Assembly (NCBI GenBank): GCA_965203355.1
Contig: CBDBCT010000002.1
Location: forward strand, 1 to 61,676
Direction: 5' to 3'
Length of the DNA stretch: 61,676 bases
Source: Candidatus Latescibacterota bacterium
GTDB lineage: Bacteria; Latescibacterota; UBA2968; UBA8231
The notes under the pieces are model-generated. The model was not told where the DNA came from. It saw nothing but the letters and a program-made list of their open reading frames with translations, and did no database searches. Below, piece after piece: positions 29,068 through 37,940 of this stretch (within the stretch, counting starts at the first letter, position 1; each line of letters opens with the position of its first letter). The translations under genes were made by a program, and so were the position numbers.

Positions 29068-29453
29068 AAGGGGCCTCCTTGTGTTCATCGAGCTCGGGCA
29101 GCTCGAACTCGAACGGCTCGGCCATGCCGTGGGTGTCAAAGCGGGCTGTGAAGCTGGATCACCAACGGTGGGCAGGGCACGTGCGTGGTCTCTTGGTCGC
29201 AGCCAAGAAAAAGGACTTTTTTTGACTTTCTGGCCCTTTTTCTTGGCCTCGGGCGAACTTTCGAGTTAAAACGGGCGGCGGCGCATCAACCGGCACACCT
29301 TCAACTTCGCGGGCGTCCGGCCCTTCGGCGCGGGCGGCGTTGTTGCCATACCAGCCGCAACCGGCGGCCAGCCTTCTTCTTTCAGCGCGGCCAGCCGTTC
29401 CACTTCGGCAGGCGATAGCGGCACGACAATCGTCTTGGTAGTGCGCACGGCTC

Positions 29454-29735
29454 TTAGCCCGGCAAGCGCAGCAGGATGAGCGAACCGAGGGCCAGCAAGG
29501 TCGTTAGCTGGATGCCCACTACCCAACGAAAGTCTCGGCGGTGCTCTTGCCGCAGCTCGCGGCCTTGCTCGGCGACGGCTTGCCGTAGTTGGCGGCCTTG
29601 CTCTTCGATGGCTTGCTCAATGCGGTCTAGGCGGGCGTTGGTCTGGCGGTTTTGTTCGGTGAGCTGTTCGGCGAGTCCTTCCAGCCGTCCAATACGGCGG
29701 TCATGGTCTTGCGCTTGGGTGATAGGCTCGCTCAT
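29454..29735 (-). CDS. Coiled-coil TM protein, paralogue 3 (93 aa)
   Basis: Paralogue 1 plus one extra 11-aa unit. Confidence 0.75.
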   Translation of the reverse strand: MSEPITQAQDHDRRIGRLEGLAEQLTEQNRQTNARLDRIEQAIEEQGRQLRQAVAEQGRELRQEHRRDFRWVVGIQLTTLLALGSLILLRLPG

Positions 29736-29961
29736 AGCACACCGTCCTTTGTCTTGCGCTGGGCGGCCTCAAGGCGCGGCAAGCCCGAAGCCACGCAACG
29801 GCGCACCACCTCGGCGATAGACAGCTCGCAGCGGGCGTCGGCGTCCAGCCCAACGGCTATCTGCGGGGTATAGCGCACGGGGCACCGGGCTTTGCGGCGG
29901 CCTAAAGCATCTCGTTAGACAGCGGCATTATTCTCTAGTATTGGCTAGCGAACGCTCGTGA

Positions 29962-30132
29962 TCAGGGTATGAGGATGAGCCCGAGGAGGACGAGCAGGGC
30001 CACGATGAGGTAGGCCAGCGGGGGCCAGCCCGGCGAGGTCGGCCGCGGCGTCCGCCGGGCCATACGGGTCAAGCGGACCACCACGGCGGTGCCGAGGGAG
30101 GCGATGAGCAGCAGGGCGCCTAGCAACTCCAC
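29962..30132 (-). CDS. Small two-TM membrane protein, copy 2
   Basis: Part of the duplication 23540-23910 / 29870-30243. Confidence 0.5.
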   Translation of the reverse strand: MELLGALLLIASLGTAVVVRLTRMARRTPRPTSPGWPPLAYLIVALLVLLGLILIP

Positions 30133-30313
30133 GGGCTAGGGCCCCGTCGCCCTGAGCAGGATGCTGACCCTGTCGTTCTTGAAGTCCATGTCAATACTCA
30201 TTGAAAACTCCCCCTACTCAAGATTTGGGGGATGGCCTCGGGCGAACTTTCGAGTTAAAACGGGCGGGCGGCGCATCGACGGGCGGGCCTTCAGCGTTGC
30301 GGGCGCACGGCCC

Positions 30314-30616
30314 TTAGCCCGGCAAGCGCGACAAAATGAGCGTACCCAGCGCGAGCAAGGTCGTTAGCTGAATGCCTACCAGCCAGCGAAAGTCACGGCG
30401 GTGTTCTTGTCGCAGCGCGTCCATACGGGCGACGGTTTGGCGGCCTTGCTCTTCGATGGTTTGCCGCAGTTGGCGGCCTTGCTCTTCGATGGTTTGCCGC
30501 AGTTCGGCAACGGTACGCTCTAGGCTGTCCAAGCGGTAGGTGATCTGCTCGGCGATGCCTTCCAGCCGTCCAATACGGCGATCATGGGCTTGCGCTTGGG
30601 TCGTAGGCTCGCTCAT
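30314..30616 (-). CDS. Coiled-coil TM protein, paralogue 4 (100 aa)
   Basis: Contains (LRQTIEEQGRQ) twice. Confidence 0.75.
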   Translation of the reverse strand: MSEPTTQAQAHDRRIGRLEGIAEQITYRLDSLERTVAELRQTIEEQGRQLRQTIEEQGRQTVARMDALRQEHRRDFRWLVGIQLTTLLALGTLILSRLPG

Positions 30617-30747
30617 AGCGTCCCTTCCTTTGCCTTGCGCTGGGCGGTCTCAACCCGCGGCCAGCCCTCTTCTTTCAGCGCGTCCAGCCGCTGCCACTTC
30701 GGCGGGCGATAGTGGCACGGGGCGGGTCTTAGTGGTGCGCACGGCCC

Positions 30748-31017
30748 TTAGCCCGGCAAGCGTGCCAAGATGAGCGTACCCAGCGCGAGCAAGGTCGTTA
30801 GCTGAATGCCCACTAGCCAGCGAAAGTCACGGCGGTGTTCTTGTCGTAGCGCGTCCATACGGGCGGCCGTCTGGCGGCCTTGCTCTTCGATGGCTTGCCG
30901 AACTTCGGCTAGGCCGCGCTCCAGGCTATCCAGTCGGTACGTGAGCTGCTCGGCGATGCCTTCCAGCCGTCCAATACGGCGATCATGGTCTTGCGCTTGG
31001 GTGATAGGCTCGCTCAT
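30748..31017 (-). CDS. Coiled-coil TM protein, paralogue 5 (89 aa)
   Basis: Same family. Confidence 0.75.
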   Translation of the reverse strand: MSEPITQAQDHDRRIGRLEGIAEQLTYRLDSLERGLAEVRQAIEEQGRQTAARMDALRQEHRRDFRWLVGIQLTTLLALGTLILARLPG

Positions 31018-31247
31018 AGCACACCGTCCTTTGCCTTGCGCAGCGCGTCCTTGACCCGCGGCAAGCCCGTTGCCACGCAGCGGCGCAGCACTTCCGAAAC
31101 ACTTAATCCGTAGCCATCGGCCAGCCCTTCCACGCGGGCAAGCGCGTCGGCTTCGAGCTTAACGGCCACTTGGCGGGCGAACTGGGCTTGGCGGCGCGGC
31201 TTGCGGCGACCTAAAGCGTCTCGTTCCGTCCTCTGTTCCATTGACAA
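31014..31247 (-). CDS. CopG/RHH-like regulator
   Basis: Paralogue of 24492-24719. Confidence 0.7.
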   Translation of the reverse strand: MSMEQRTERDALGRRKPRRQAQFARQVAVKLEADALARVEGLADGYGLSVSEVLRRCVATGLPRVKDALRKAKDGVL

Positions 31248-31288
31248 ACTCCCTTGTTTGCGGCGGCGAAAGTGCCAGCCTTAAAGAG

Positions 31289-31317
31289 AGTAAACAACGT
31301 TAATTTATCCGTGTCAA
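31289..31317 (-). promoter_or_regulatory. Sigma70-like promoter of the RHH operon
   Basis: TTGACA-17 nt-TTTACT on the minus strand; same position in the 24.7-kb copy. Confidence 0.55.
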
Positions 31318-31497
31318 GTCAGGCGTTAAGTCAGGCGTTATACTCCCCATAAGTCAATGTAGCGGTAGTCCGCCGGCGTCTTGCCGTATCTGTCTTTGGC
31401 CTTGGCATCCGCTCCATACTTCGTCAAATGTTGCTTTTTGCAACGGCGTATAGCCTTTGCCGGTGCCGGCTGTTTCTAGTGCTACCAGCTCTCCGCG

Positions 31498-31615
31498 GTT
31501 TTCCGTGGTCGTTGGTCTCTAAAATTGTTTGAAATTGAAGGAAATAACACCCCCTTTTTATCACTGCCTAATGGATGCCATTTCCGGGAGTTTTTCGCCT
31601 CGGCCTCATTGAAGC
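31498..31615 (+). CRISPR. Isolated I-G repeat with an upstream degenerate repeat
   Basis: CATTTCCGGGAGTTTTTCGCCTCGGCCTCATTGAAGC (31579-31615), preceded by 37 nt and GTTTTCCGTGGT...ATTGAAGG (31498-31541). Confidence 0.7.
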
Positions 31616-32208
31616 AACGTCGCCATCCCGGATGGAGCGTCCCGGTTCGATACGTCGGGGGCCTCGTGCCCCACACGGCGGCTAGCCCCAGTAGGTTCAC
31701 TAACCTCAACGCCGACCGGCTCACGTGGGACTTCTCCGGGGGCTTGGTGCTGTCGCGGCGCACTAGCGACGGCACGTGTGCCTCAGCCGCGGACCGCGGT
31801 CGCCTACGCTTGATTGACCCGGAACAACGGGCAGTGCGCAAACACCGCGGTAACGGGAGTAGCTCGGAGCAGACGGCGGGTAGCTGCTCTACCGGCGACG
31901 ATTCCGGTCCGGGGCCGCCTAGAGTCGATCAGACCTACAACGAACAGGACAACGAACAGGATCAAAGCGACCCAGACAATACCTAGTCAAGCCATCAGAC
32001 CTCGAAGTCGTCCTCCTCGGCTATACGAGTGGAGTTGAATCGGTATTGTTTCTGCCGGATGGTCAAATCTTCGACAGTGGCGGCATCAGGACAAAACGGT
32101 TTGGTTATGGGATGGGGCAACCGACGGAACGGTTAGCCATGCGCCCGACGGTGATAACGTGTTCGGCAGACAACTCAAGCCGCCAGTATAACAGCGAGGT
32201 CCGCACAC

Positions 32209-33594
32209 ATGAGTAAAGGATCAACGCAACTTCCCGAATCGCTGCCCGAGGACATACGGGCAGCATACGACCGCATGACAGACGCCGAACGCGAGCCGAT
32301 CCACTACTGGCTATGTCACGAGTCCAGCCGGGCTGAAACCCTCATCCAAGAGTACATCAACACCCTTAGCCAGCACCAAGAGCTGTCCGTCTCTGGTACT
32401 GGCGTGGTTGACCAGCACCAAGAGACCGCCGCAGAGTTCTTCTTCCGCGGTGCCGATACACCCGACGAGGTTATTGAACGCCTTGAAGTATTCCTATGGG
32501 ATAGGGATCACCAAGGCAAGCCCCGACCTGACGAGCAAGCCAACTTTTCTAAACTGGGGGCTTTAGCAACAAAGGACACTGATCAAGGCTCTTCAGCGAC
32601 AGCGGACGATCCGCTATACCGCTTCATGGTAGAGCATCTTGAATGGATGCTGACCGACCAGCCTATCGAGACACATCCCGCCGCAGCGCCTATCCGAACG
32701 TGGTGGTCAAAGCCCAAACCCGTTGAGCCGTACCGTCCTCGACCGCGGGCGGTGCTAGCCAACTGGAACACCGACGGTGACAAAGACCGTTTCCTACTGC
32801 AAGCCCGTCAGCCCATGCCTATGCCGGAAGGCGTACAGCTCATGCTTGACTTACCTGAACTGACGCCCAAAGGCTCGGCATCTTGGCTCCTCGACTTATT
32901 TGACCGGGCTGGCGGAAAGACCATGCGGCAAGGGAGGGGGGCACCGTGGGACATGCGTCTTTTTGTCGGTGCTATACTGCACCTCCCGATAGCGAAGCGC
33001 GACGGCCAGTGGCACACCCTCAGCTTGCCGACCAACGAGGTCATCCGTTGGCTACACCCCGATGGTTGGCACAATCAGACACGAGATTGGCAGCACCTGC
33101 CCGACGCCCTTTTTCGGATGAATAAGGAGCTCGGCTTTGTCGCAATCCAAGGCCTAGGGTATGTGCAAGTCGTCGGCGCGACCGTCATCCCCAAGGAGCC
33201 GAGCGATCCCTTTGTTGAGTTTACCATCCGCATCCCCAAGACAGCGGCCTATGGCGCACGACTCGACTGGCAACGCTTGTGCCAATACGGGCAAGTGTCC
33301 GCCGTGCTCTACAGGGCGTACTTAGCCGCCGTAGACTTCATGCACCTATCGGCCGAGCAAGGCAAAGCAGTCGAGCAGGCCGTGAAGGGCAAAGACGGCA
33401 AGCTCCGACCGAACCCCTCAACTCGCTATGTCCGAGGACTGACTAAAGGCGAACTGACCGAGATGATCGGGCTAGACCTGAACAGACGGAATAATCCGGG
33501 TAGGGCAATAGATGCCTTTGAACGCTTGGCCGACGATGGAGTCATTGAGCTCGTCCGCGAGCACAACTTGTGGCGGATTTTCGGACCTGCGTAG
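32209..33594 (+). CDS. Putative plasmid replication initiator of unrecognised family
   Basis: 461-aa ORF with GAGGT RBS and wHTH-like C-terminus, followed immediately by DnaA boxes and iterons. Confidence 0.65.
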   Translation: MSKGSTQLPESLPEDIRAAYDRMTDAEREPIHYWLCHESSRAETLIQEYINTLSQHQELSVSGTGVVDQHQETAAEFFFRGADTPDEVIERLEVFLWDRDHQGKPRPDEQANFSKLGALATKDTDQGSSATADDPLYRFMVEHLEWMLTDQPIETHPAAAPIRTWWSKPKPVEPYRPRPRAVLANWNTDGDKDRFLLQARQPMPMPEGVQLMLDLPELTPKGSASWLLDLFDRAGGKTMRQGRGAPWDMRLFVGAILHLPIAKRDGQWHTLSLPTNEVIRWLHPDGWHNQTRDWQHLPDALFRMNKELGFVAIQGLGYVQVVGATVIPKEPSDPFVEFTIRIPKTAAYGARLDWQRLCQYGQVSAVLYRAYLAAVDFMHLSAEQGKAVEQAVKGKDGKLRPNPSTRYVRGLTKGELTEMIGLDLNRRNNPGRAIDAFERLADDGVIELVREHNLWRIFGPA

Positions 33595-33597
33595 ACG

Positions 33598-33792
33598 TTA
33601 TCCACATGCCTACTCATGACGGTACACTTTTTATCCACATGCCTACTCATGACGGTACAAATGTCACTCATGACGGTACAAATGTCACTCATGACGGTAC
33701 ACAACGCGCGCGTTTCATTATAGCCCAAAGTACCCAGTACGTACCCAAACCACCGCCCCCCCTAAAACGGTTTTTTTTAAAGAATATTTACT
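33598..33792. other. Plasmid origin: DnaA boxes, iterons and AT-rich tract
   Basis: TTATCCACA at 33598 and 33631; ACTCATGACGGTACA at 33612, 33645, 33666, 33687; AT-rich run about 33763-33790. Confidence 0.85.
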
Positions 33793-33896
33793 CCCTGAAC
33801 TCGGGAATGGGGCTGCTTTACTAAATCTTGGGCAAGAGAGGTGCTGTATGTGGGTGAGCGGGTGGCCAACCAACCTGCGCCCTATTGATGCCGAGT

Positions 33897-33921
33897 ATGG
33901 AATACCGTCGCGGTATTCCAT
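33897..33921. promoter_or_regulatory. 25-bp palindrome, copy 4 (spacer TCG)
   Basis: Identical arms; 33807-33921 is an inverted homologue of 11901-12015. Confidence 0.6.
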
Positions 33922-34401
33922 GTCGTGCAGCCGTCAGCACCGGCGGCGGCTCAACCGCGAGGCCCAGCGGCGGATGGCTGCGAAGTGGGCCGCGCTTCGC
34001 GTTGACGACTATGAGCCAAGCCGTAGCCAGTATTGCACTTCCGGGCTAGAAATAGACGGCGGGCCGCGTCAACGACCGCGGCCGCTATGGCCGCCAATGT
34101 GTCGTGTGCCGCCACAAGCCCGGAAATGGCCCGTACACGCGCCGAAGGCACAAGCCAACCCCCAACCCCTAAGCGAACCGCTCGCGCCCGTCACACGCCA
34201 AAACAGGCCACCAAGCCGCCCGATGAACAAAGAATACTTGGGAGCCGATGGAGAACGGGTCCTGTCCCTGATCGAGTTCACAGGCCGCAAGCTGGTGGAA
34301 AGCGGCTACAGGTATTCCAATCCCTCCCTTCATTTGTTGCCCATCAAGGCAGTTTTAGATAACATCAAAGGCCGATATGCAAGTAACAGGAGATTTAACT
34401 T

Positions 34402-35589
34402 ATGGCCCTTGAGCTACAGACTTTGCAAGATGCGGTTGCCGGAACCGCCGCCGCTTTTCGGTGTACAACCGACTACCAACCGGCCGGTGGCCCCGGCGAC
34501 AAGGTGTTCCCACCGACCTACGAAAACGGGAAATACGCGACAGAAGACCGCATAGACCCGAAGACTGGTGAGGAGTGGCAGTGCGTTCTTTTAGACTCCG
34601 TGCAGTCGCAGGCTAACCGGATGGAGTTGGCATTGCTGGAAGCGCACCGCGGCGGCAAGGTCCAACTGCCTTTGTTGGTGACGCACTTTGACCAAGAGAA
34701 ACTACCTAAGAAATTTGCCATATCCAGCTTGGAAGCTCCGCATCGGATTGCGGACGCGCTGTTTCGCGACAGCTTGTTGGATGGCCTAATGTTCCGCAAA
34801 TCGGACAAAGGAGCCATGCTCAATACCGCTGACATTCGCAACGCCACCGGTCTGTTCGGTCTGTGCCCGACCGCACTGGTATTTGGCTTGTGGGATTCGA
34901 CCGGGCCCCGCGGGGGCCTTGGCTGCAAGTTCCAGCGGGCCTTGGTGTCGGAGATCGTAGGGTATAACGCGGTAGCTGGGGTGAAGACAGCCAGCCGCCT
35001 AGATCCTGCACAAATTGGGAAGGGGGGCGTTACGCTGTACGAGCACCAAGCTGAAAGCGACAATAAGCCACACTGGACTTTAAGCGAGACCAACAAAAAA
35101 TTGAAGAAGAAGGGGACACCCGCGGAGGCCAATCACGGTAATATCCCTCCCAGCATCTCAGACGGCGGCTTCACCCTGTCGAAAGCGCGGCAGACAACCA
35201 CGTTGTCGCTGTCGGTTTTGCGCCGCCTCCGCTTCCCGCTCAACGGCGCATCACATTCCGACGACGCGACCGATCTCGCTGCTCGCACCGTACTGGCGGC
35301 CTTGGGCCTCGCCGCCGGTACCCTAGCGCGCGTTGATGTGGATCTGCGCTCCCGCTGCCAGCTCTTTGCCGAGCAAGAGTCCGTCTGGGAGCTACTCGAT
35401 CGCCCCGGTGAGGAACCGCGACAGTTCGAGCTTGTGCCCGACGCCGCACTCCAACTGCTGAATCAAGCAATCTGCGAGGCTAAGGCCGCGCATCTGCCAT
35501 GGGAGGGCACCATCGAACTGACTCCCGCGGACGATTTAGTCGAATTGGTGCGGAGGAGCCAAGAGTTGGGGGGAGCGGAAGAAGAATAA
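34402..35589 (+). CDS. csb1: Type I-G Cas7 (Csb1)
   Basis: PAGGPGDKVFPPTY, LLDSVQSQANRME, EAPHRIADA, PTALVFGLWDS, DLRSRC. Confidence 0.93.
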   Translation: MALELQTLQDAVAGTAAAFRCTTDYQPAGGPGDKVFPPTYENGKYATEDRIDPKTGEEWQCVLLDSVQSQANRMELALLEAHRGGKVQLPLLVTHFDQEKLPKKFAISSLEAPHRIADALFRDSLLDGLMFRKSDKGAMLNTADIRNATGLFGLCPTALVFGLWDSTGPRGGLGCKFQRALVSEIVGYNAVAGVKTASRLDPAQIGKGGVTLYEHQAESDNKPHWTLSETNKKLKKKGTPAEANHGNIPPSISDGGFTLSKARQTTTLSLSVLRRLRFPLNGASHSDDATDLAARTVLAALGLAAGTLARVDVDLRSRCQLFAEQESVWELLDRPGEEPRQFELVPDAALQLLNQAICEAKAAHLPWEGTIELTPADDLVELVRRSQELGGAEEE

Positions 35590-37940
35590 TGTTCGCTCTT
35601 GGCCTCCACTACCTAAACGGGTGGGCGATGGCCGCTGCGGACGGGGCCAAGAAAGAACGAGCCGAATGGCCGCCGCATCCAGACCGGGTCTTCATGGCGT
35701 TGGCCGCCGCTTGGTTTGAGACCGGCGAAGATCCCGCCGAAGGCGAAGCACTGCGCTGGCTGGAAACGCTGCCGCCCCCTGCGATTGCGGCTTCAGACGC
35801 GGAAAGGCGCGTCGCTGTTGTTAGCTATGTACCCACCAACGACGCATGTGTTAAAAGCACCATGCCCATCAGTGGAGACTTGGGCAAACTAAAGAAGGCT
35901 GGCTTGGACGTACTACCCGAGCATCGGTCGCGCCAGCCTCGTGGTTTCCCAGTCGCCATTCCCCACGACCCAACGGCATATCTGATTTGGCCAGCGGTCG
36001 AGTGGGGTTCGCATCGCGACGCCCTGAAACAGCTAGCCGCCAAAATTACGCATGTGGGGCATTCGGCCTCCTTTGTACAAGCGTGGTTTGAGGATGACTG
36101 CCAGGTCGCCGCTAATTGGAAACCGACCGAAGAAGTTGCCAGACACCGCTTGCGGATTCCGACCACGGGTCGGCTTGATGGACTTATCCGAGCCTGTAAC
36201 CGCGCCGCGTGGATTGAATATCAGGACCTGCGCGGCGCGATCGAGCAAGCTGAAGCGGAACTCAAGGAGATGAAACACCCGCCAAGGGTGGCGTGGGAAG
36301 CATTCGCAGACGTGGTTTTGCTGGCCGGAGAATCCCAGACCAAGCAGCACTCCGCGTATCACGACGCGAAAGCGAGAGGGGACGCCGTGGCCGCGACAAA
36401 TCTCGTCAACAGCTTGGTTGACGAAACCGGGATCGCTGCGGTGGGGACCCTGATTGGCGCGGTCAGCCAAAGCGGAAATCCCATACTGGTAAGCGCACAT
36501 GCTTGGGAAAGCCAAGGTCTCAATGCCATTCCTGCGGCCTTGACGAGACTGCTGAGCGAGTGCTTGGGGTTCCCCCGCGAGACGGCTATTGTACAGACGA
36601 ACATCGTCTCTCACACGGGCGCGGACGGCTATGGTCGCCTGGCTCGTCAGGCTTGCTTTGATGGCCCCATTGAGGCTGGTCGCGAGTATGTGATGGTGGA
36701 TGATTTCGTCGGCCAAGGCGGTACGTTGGCCAACCTGCGCGGTTGGATAGAAAAACAGGGCGGTCTGGTCGTCGGGGCCATTGCGCTGACGGGCAAACCC
36801 TACTCCGCTAAACTAAACCCCTCACAGGAGCAACTACATGAACTCCGACAAAAGCACGGAGCAGACTTTGAGCAATGGTGGAAGGAACACTTCGGCCACG
36901 CATTCGATTGCCTTACTCAGTCGGAGGCTCGGTACCTCGCCCGCTCCCCGGATGTTGACGCGATCCGAGATCGACTTACTGCGGCAAAGCAAGGTGGAGG
37001 TAGATCGAATAGCAGGCGAAGTCCTCGCGAGCAAAGACAGTACATCAAGGAAATGAAGGCGCGGTTGAAAAACCGCTTTCCCAATGGGAGACCGCCGACC
37101 CGGCGTCCGGTGCCCAGCCGCTGGCAGGGATATGATCGATCACCGAAGGACAAAGACCCGGAAGTCCCCGGCTCGATTTTTGACCCTCGACTCATCGTCC
37201 TCGGCATCAAGGGCAAGCGCGTGTCTCTGCCAGCGACGCTCAAGCTCACGGCGGCTCTACGTGGATTGTTGCTGAGCGCGTGTCCCGAACAACCGCCCCC
37301 CGAGTGGTTGAGCGGCCATCGTCGGGACGGAACCCCTACTGCCGAACCGCATCTGGCCTTGATGCCTCTCCCCTTTGTAGGAGCAGAGTATGCGGACGGC
37401 TTGATTATGGGGCTGGCTATGGTCCTGCCGACGGGGGAAGCCGGGCATTGCCTCGAACCGTTCCTGCGCGATCCATCTACCGGATTGCCGCGTGAGTATC
37501 CGCTGTTTGATGGCCAGTGGTTCGAGTGTGCTATTGCGCTGGAAACCCGCGAACGCCCCCCGAAAAACCTCGACTCGGACACTTGGACCCGAAAGTCGCG
37601 CGTTTGGGCAAGCGTGACCCCGGTAGTTCTGAATCGGCATTTTGACGGCAAGGACAAGTGGGAGCGGGCCACCGAGAGCGTGAAGGACATGTGCGAACAC
37701 ATCGGTCTGCCGCGCCCCCGCGCGGTGCGGCTGCATCCGGCCTCGCTAGTCGCAGGCGTACCTCATGCCCGATCCTATCCGCCGTTGACGCGCAAAAGCG
37801 ATGGCGGACGCCGTAGCCACAACCACGTGGTACTCATCTTTGCGGAGCCAGTGTGCGGCCCGGTGCTCGTGGGGGCAGGCCGGTTCCGGGGATATGGACT
37901 ATGCCGCCCGATGGATGAGCAAGGTGCGGACCGTGCCTGA
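35589..37940 (+). CDS. csb2: Type I-G Csb2 (Cas5-Cas6 fusion) with inserted phosphoribosyltransferase domain, 783 aa
   Basis: EWPPHPDRVFMALAAA and YVPTND (Cas5 half); WASVTP and GPVLVGAGRFRGYGLC (Cas6 G-loop); central VMVDDFVGQGGTL PRPP loop. ATG overlaps the csb1 TAA. Confidence 0.9.
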   Translation: MFALGLHYLNGWAMAAADGAKKERAEWPPHPDRVFMALAAAWFETGEDPAEGEALRWLETLPPPAIAASDAERRVAVVSYVPTNDACVKSTMPISGDLGKLKKAGLDVLPEHRSRQPRGFPVAIPHDPTAYLIWPAVEWGSHRDALKQLAAKITHVGHSASFVQAWFEDDCQVAANWKPTEEVARHRLRIPTTGRLDGLIRACNRAAWIEYQDLRGAIEQAEAELKEMKHPPRVAWEAFADVVLLAGESQTKQHSAYHDAKARGDAVAATNLVNSLVDETGIAAVGTLIGAVSQSGNPILVSAHAWESQGLNAIPAALTRLLSECLGFPRETAIVQTNIVSHTGADGYGRLARQACFDGPIEAGREYVMVDDFVGQGGTLANLRGWIEKQGGLVVGAIALTGKPYSAKLNPSQEQLHELRQKHGADFEQWWKEHFGHAFDCLTQSEARYLARSPDVDAIRDRLTAAKQGGGRSNSRRSPREQRQYIKEMKARLKNRFPNGRPPTRRPVPSRWQGYDRSPKDKDPEVPGSIFDPRLIVLGIKGKRVSLPATLKLTAALRGLLLSACPEQPPPEWLSGHRRDGTPTAEPHLALMPLPFVGAEYADGLIMGLAMVLPTGEAGHCLEPFLRDPSTGLPREYPLFDGQWFECAIALETRERPPKNLDSDTWTRKSRVWASVTPVVLNRHFDGKDKWERATESVKDMCEHIGLPRPRAVRLHPASLVAGVPHARSYPPLTRKSDGGRRSHNHVVLIFAEPVCGPVLVGAGRFRGYGLCRPMDEQGADRA

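Noticed and set aside
31525-31986. 153-aa ORF
   Set aside because: It runs through a CRISPR repeat and has no recognisable motif.
33848-34555. 235-aa ORF upstream of csb1
   Set aside because: It overlaps the palindrome and csb1 out of frame; probably a composite of remnants.
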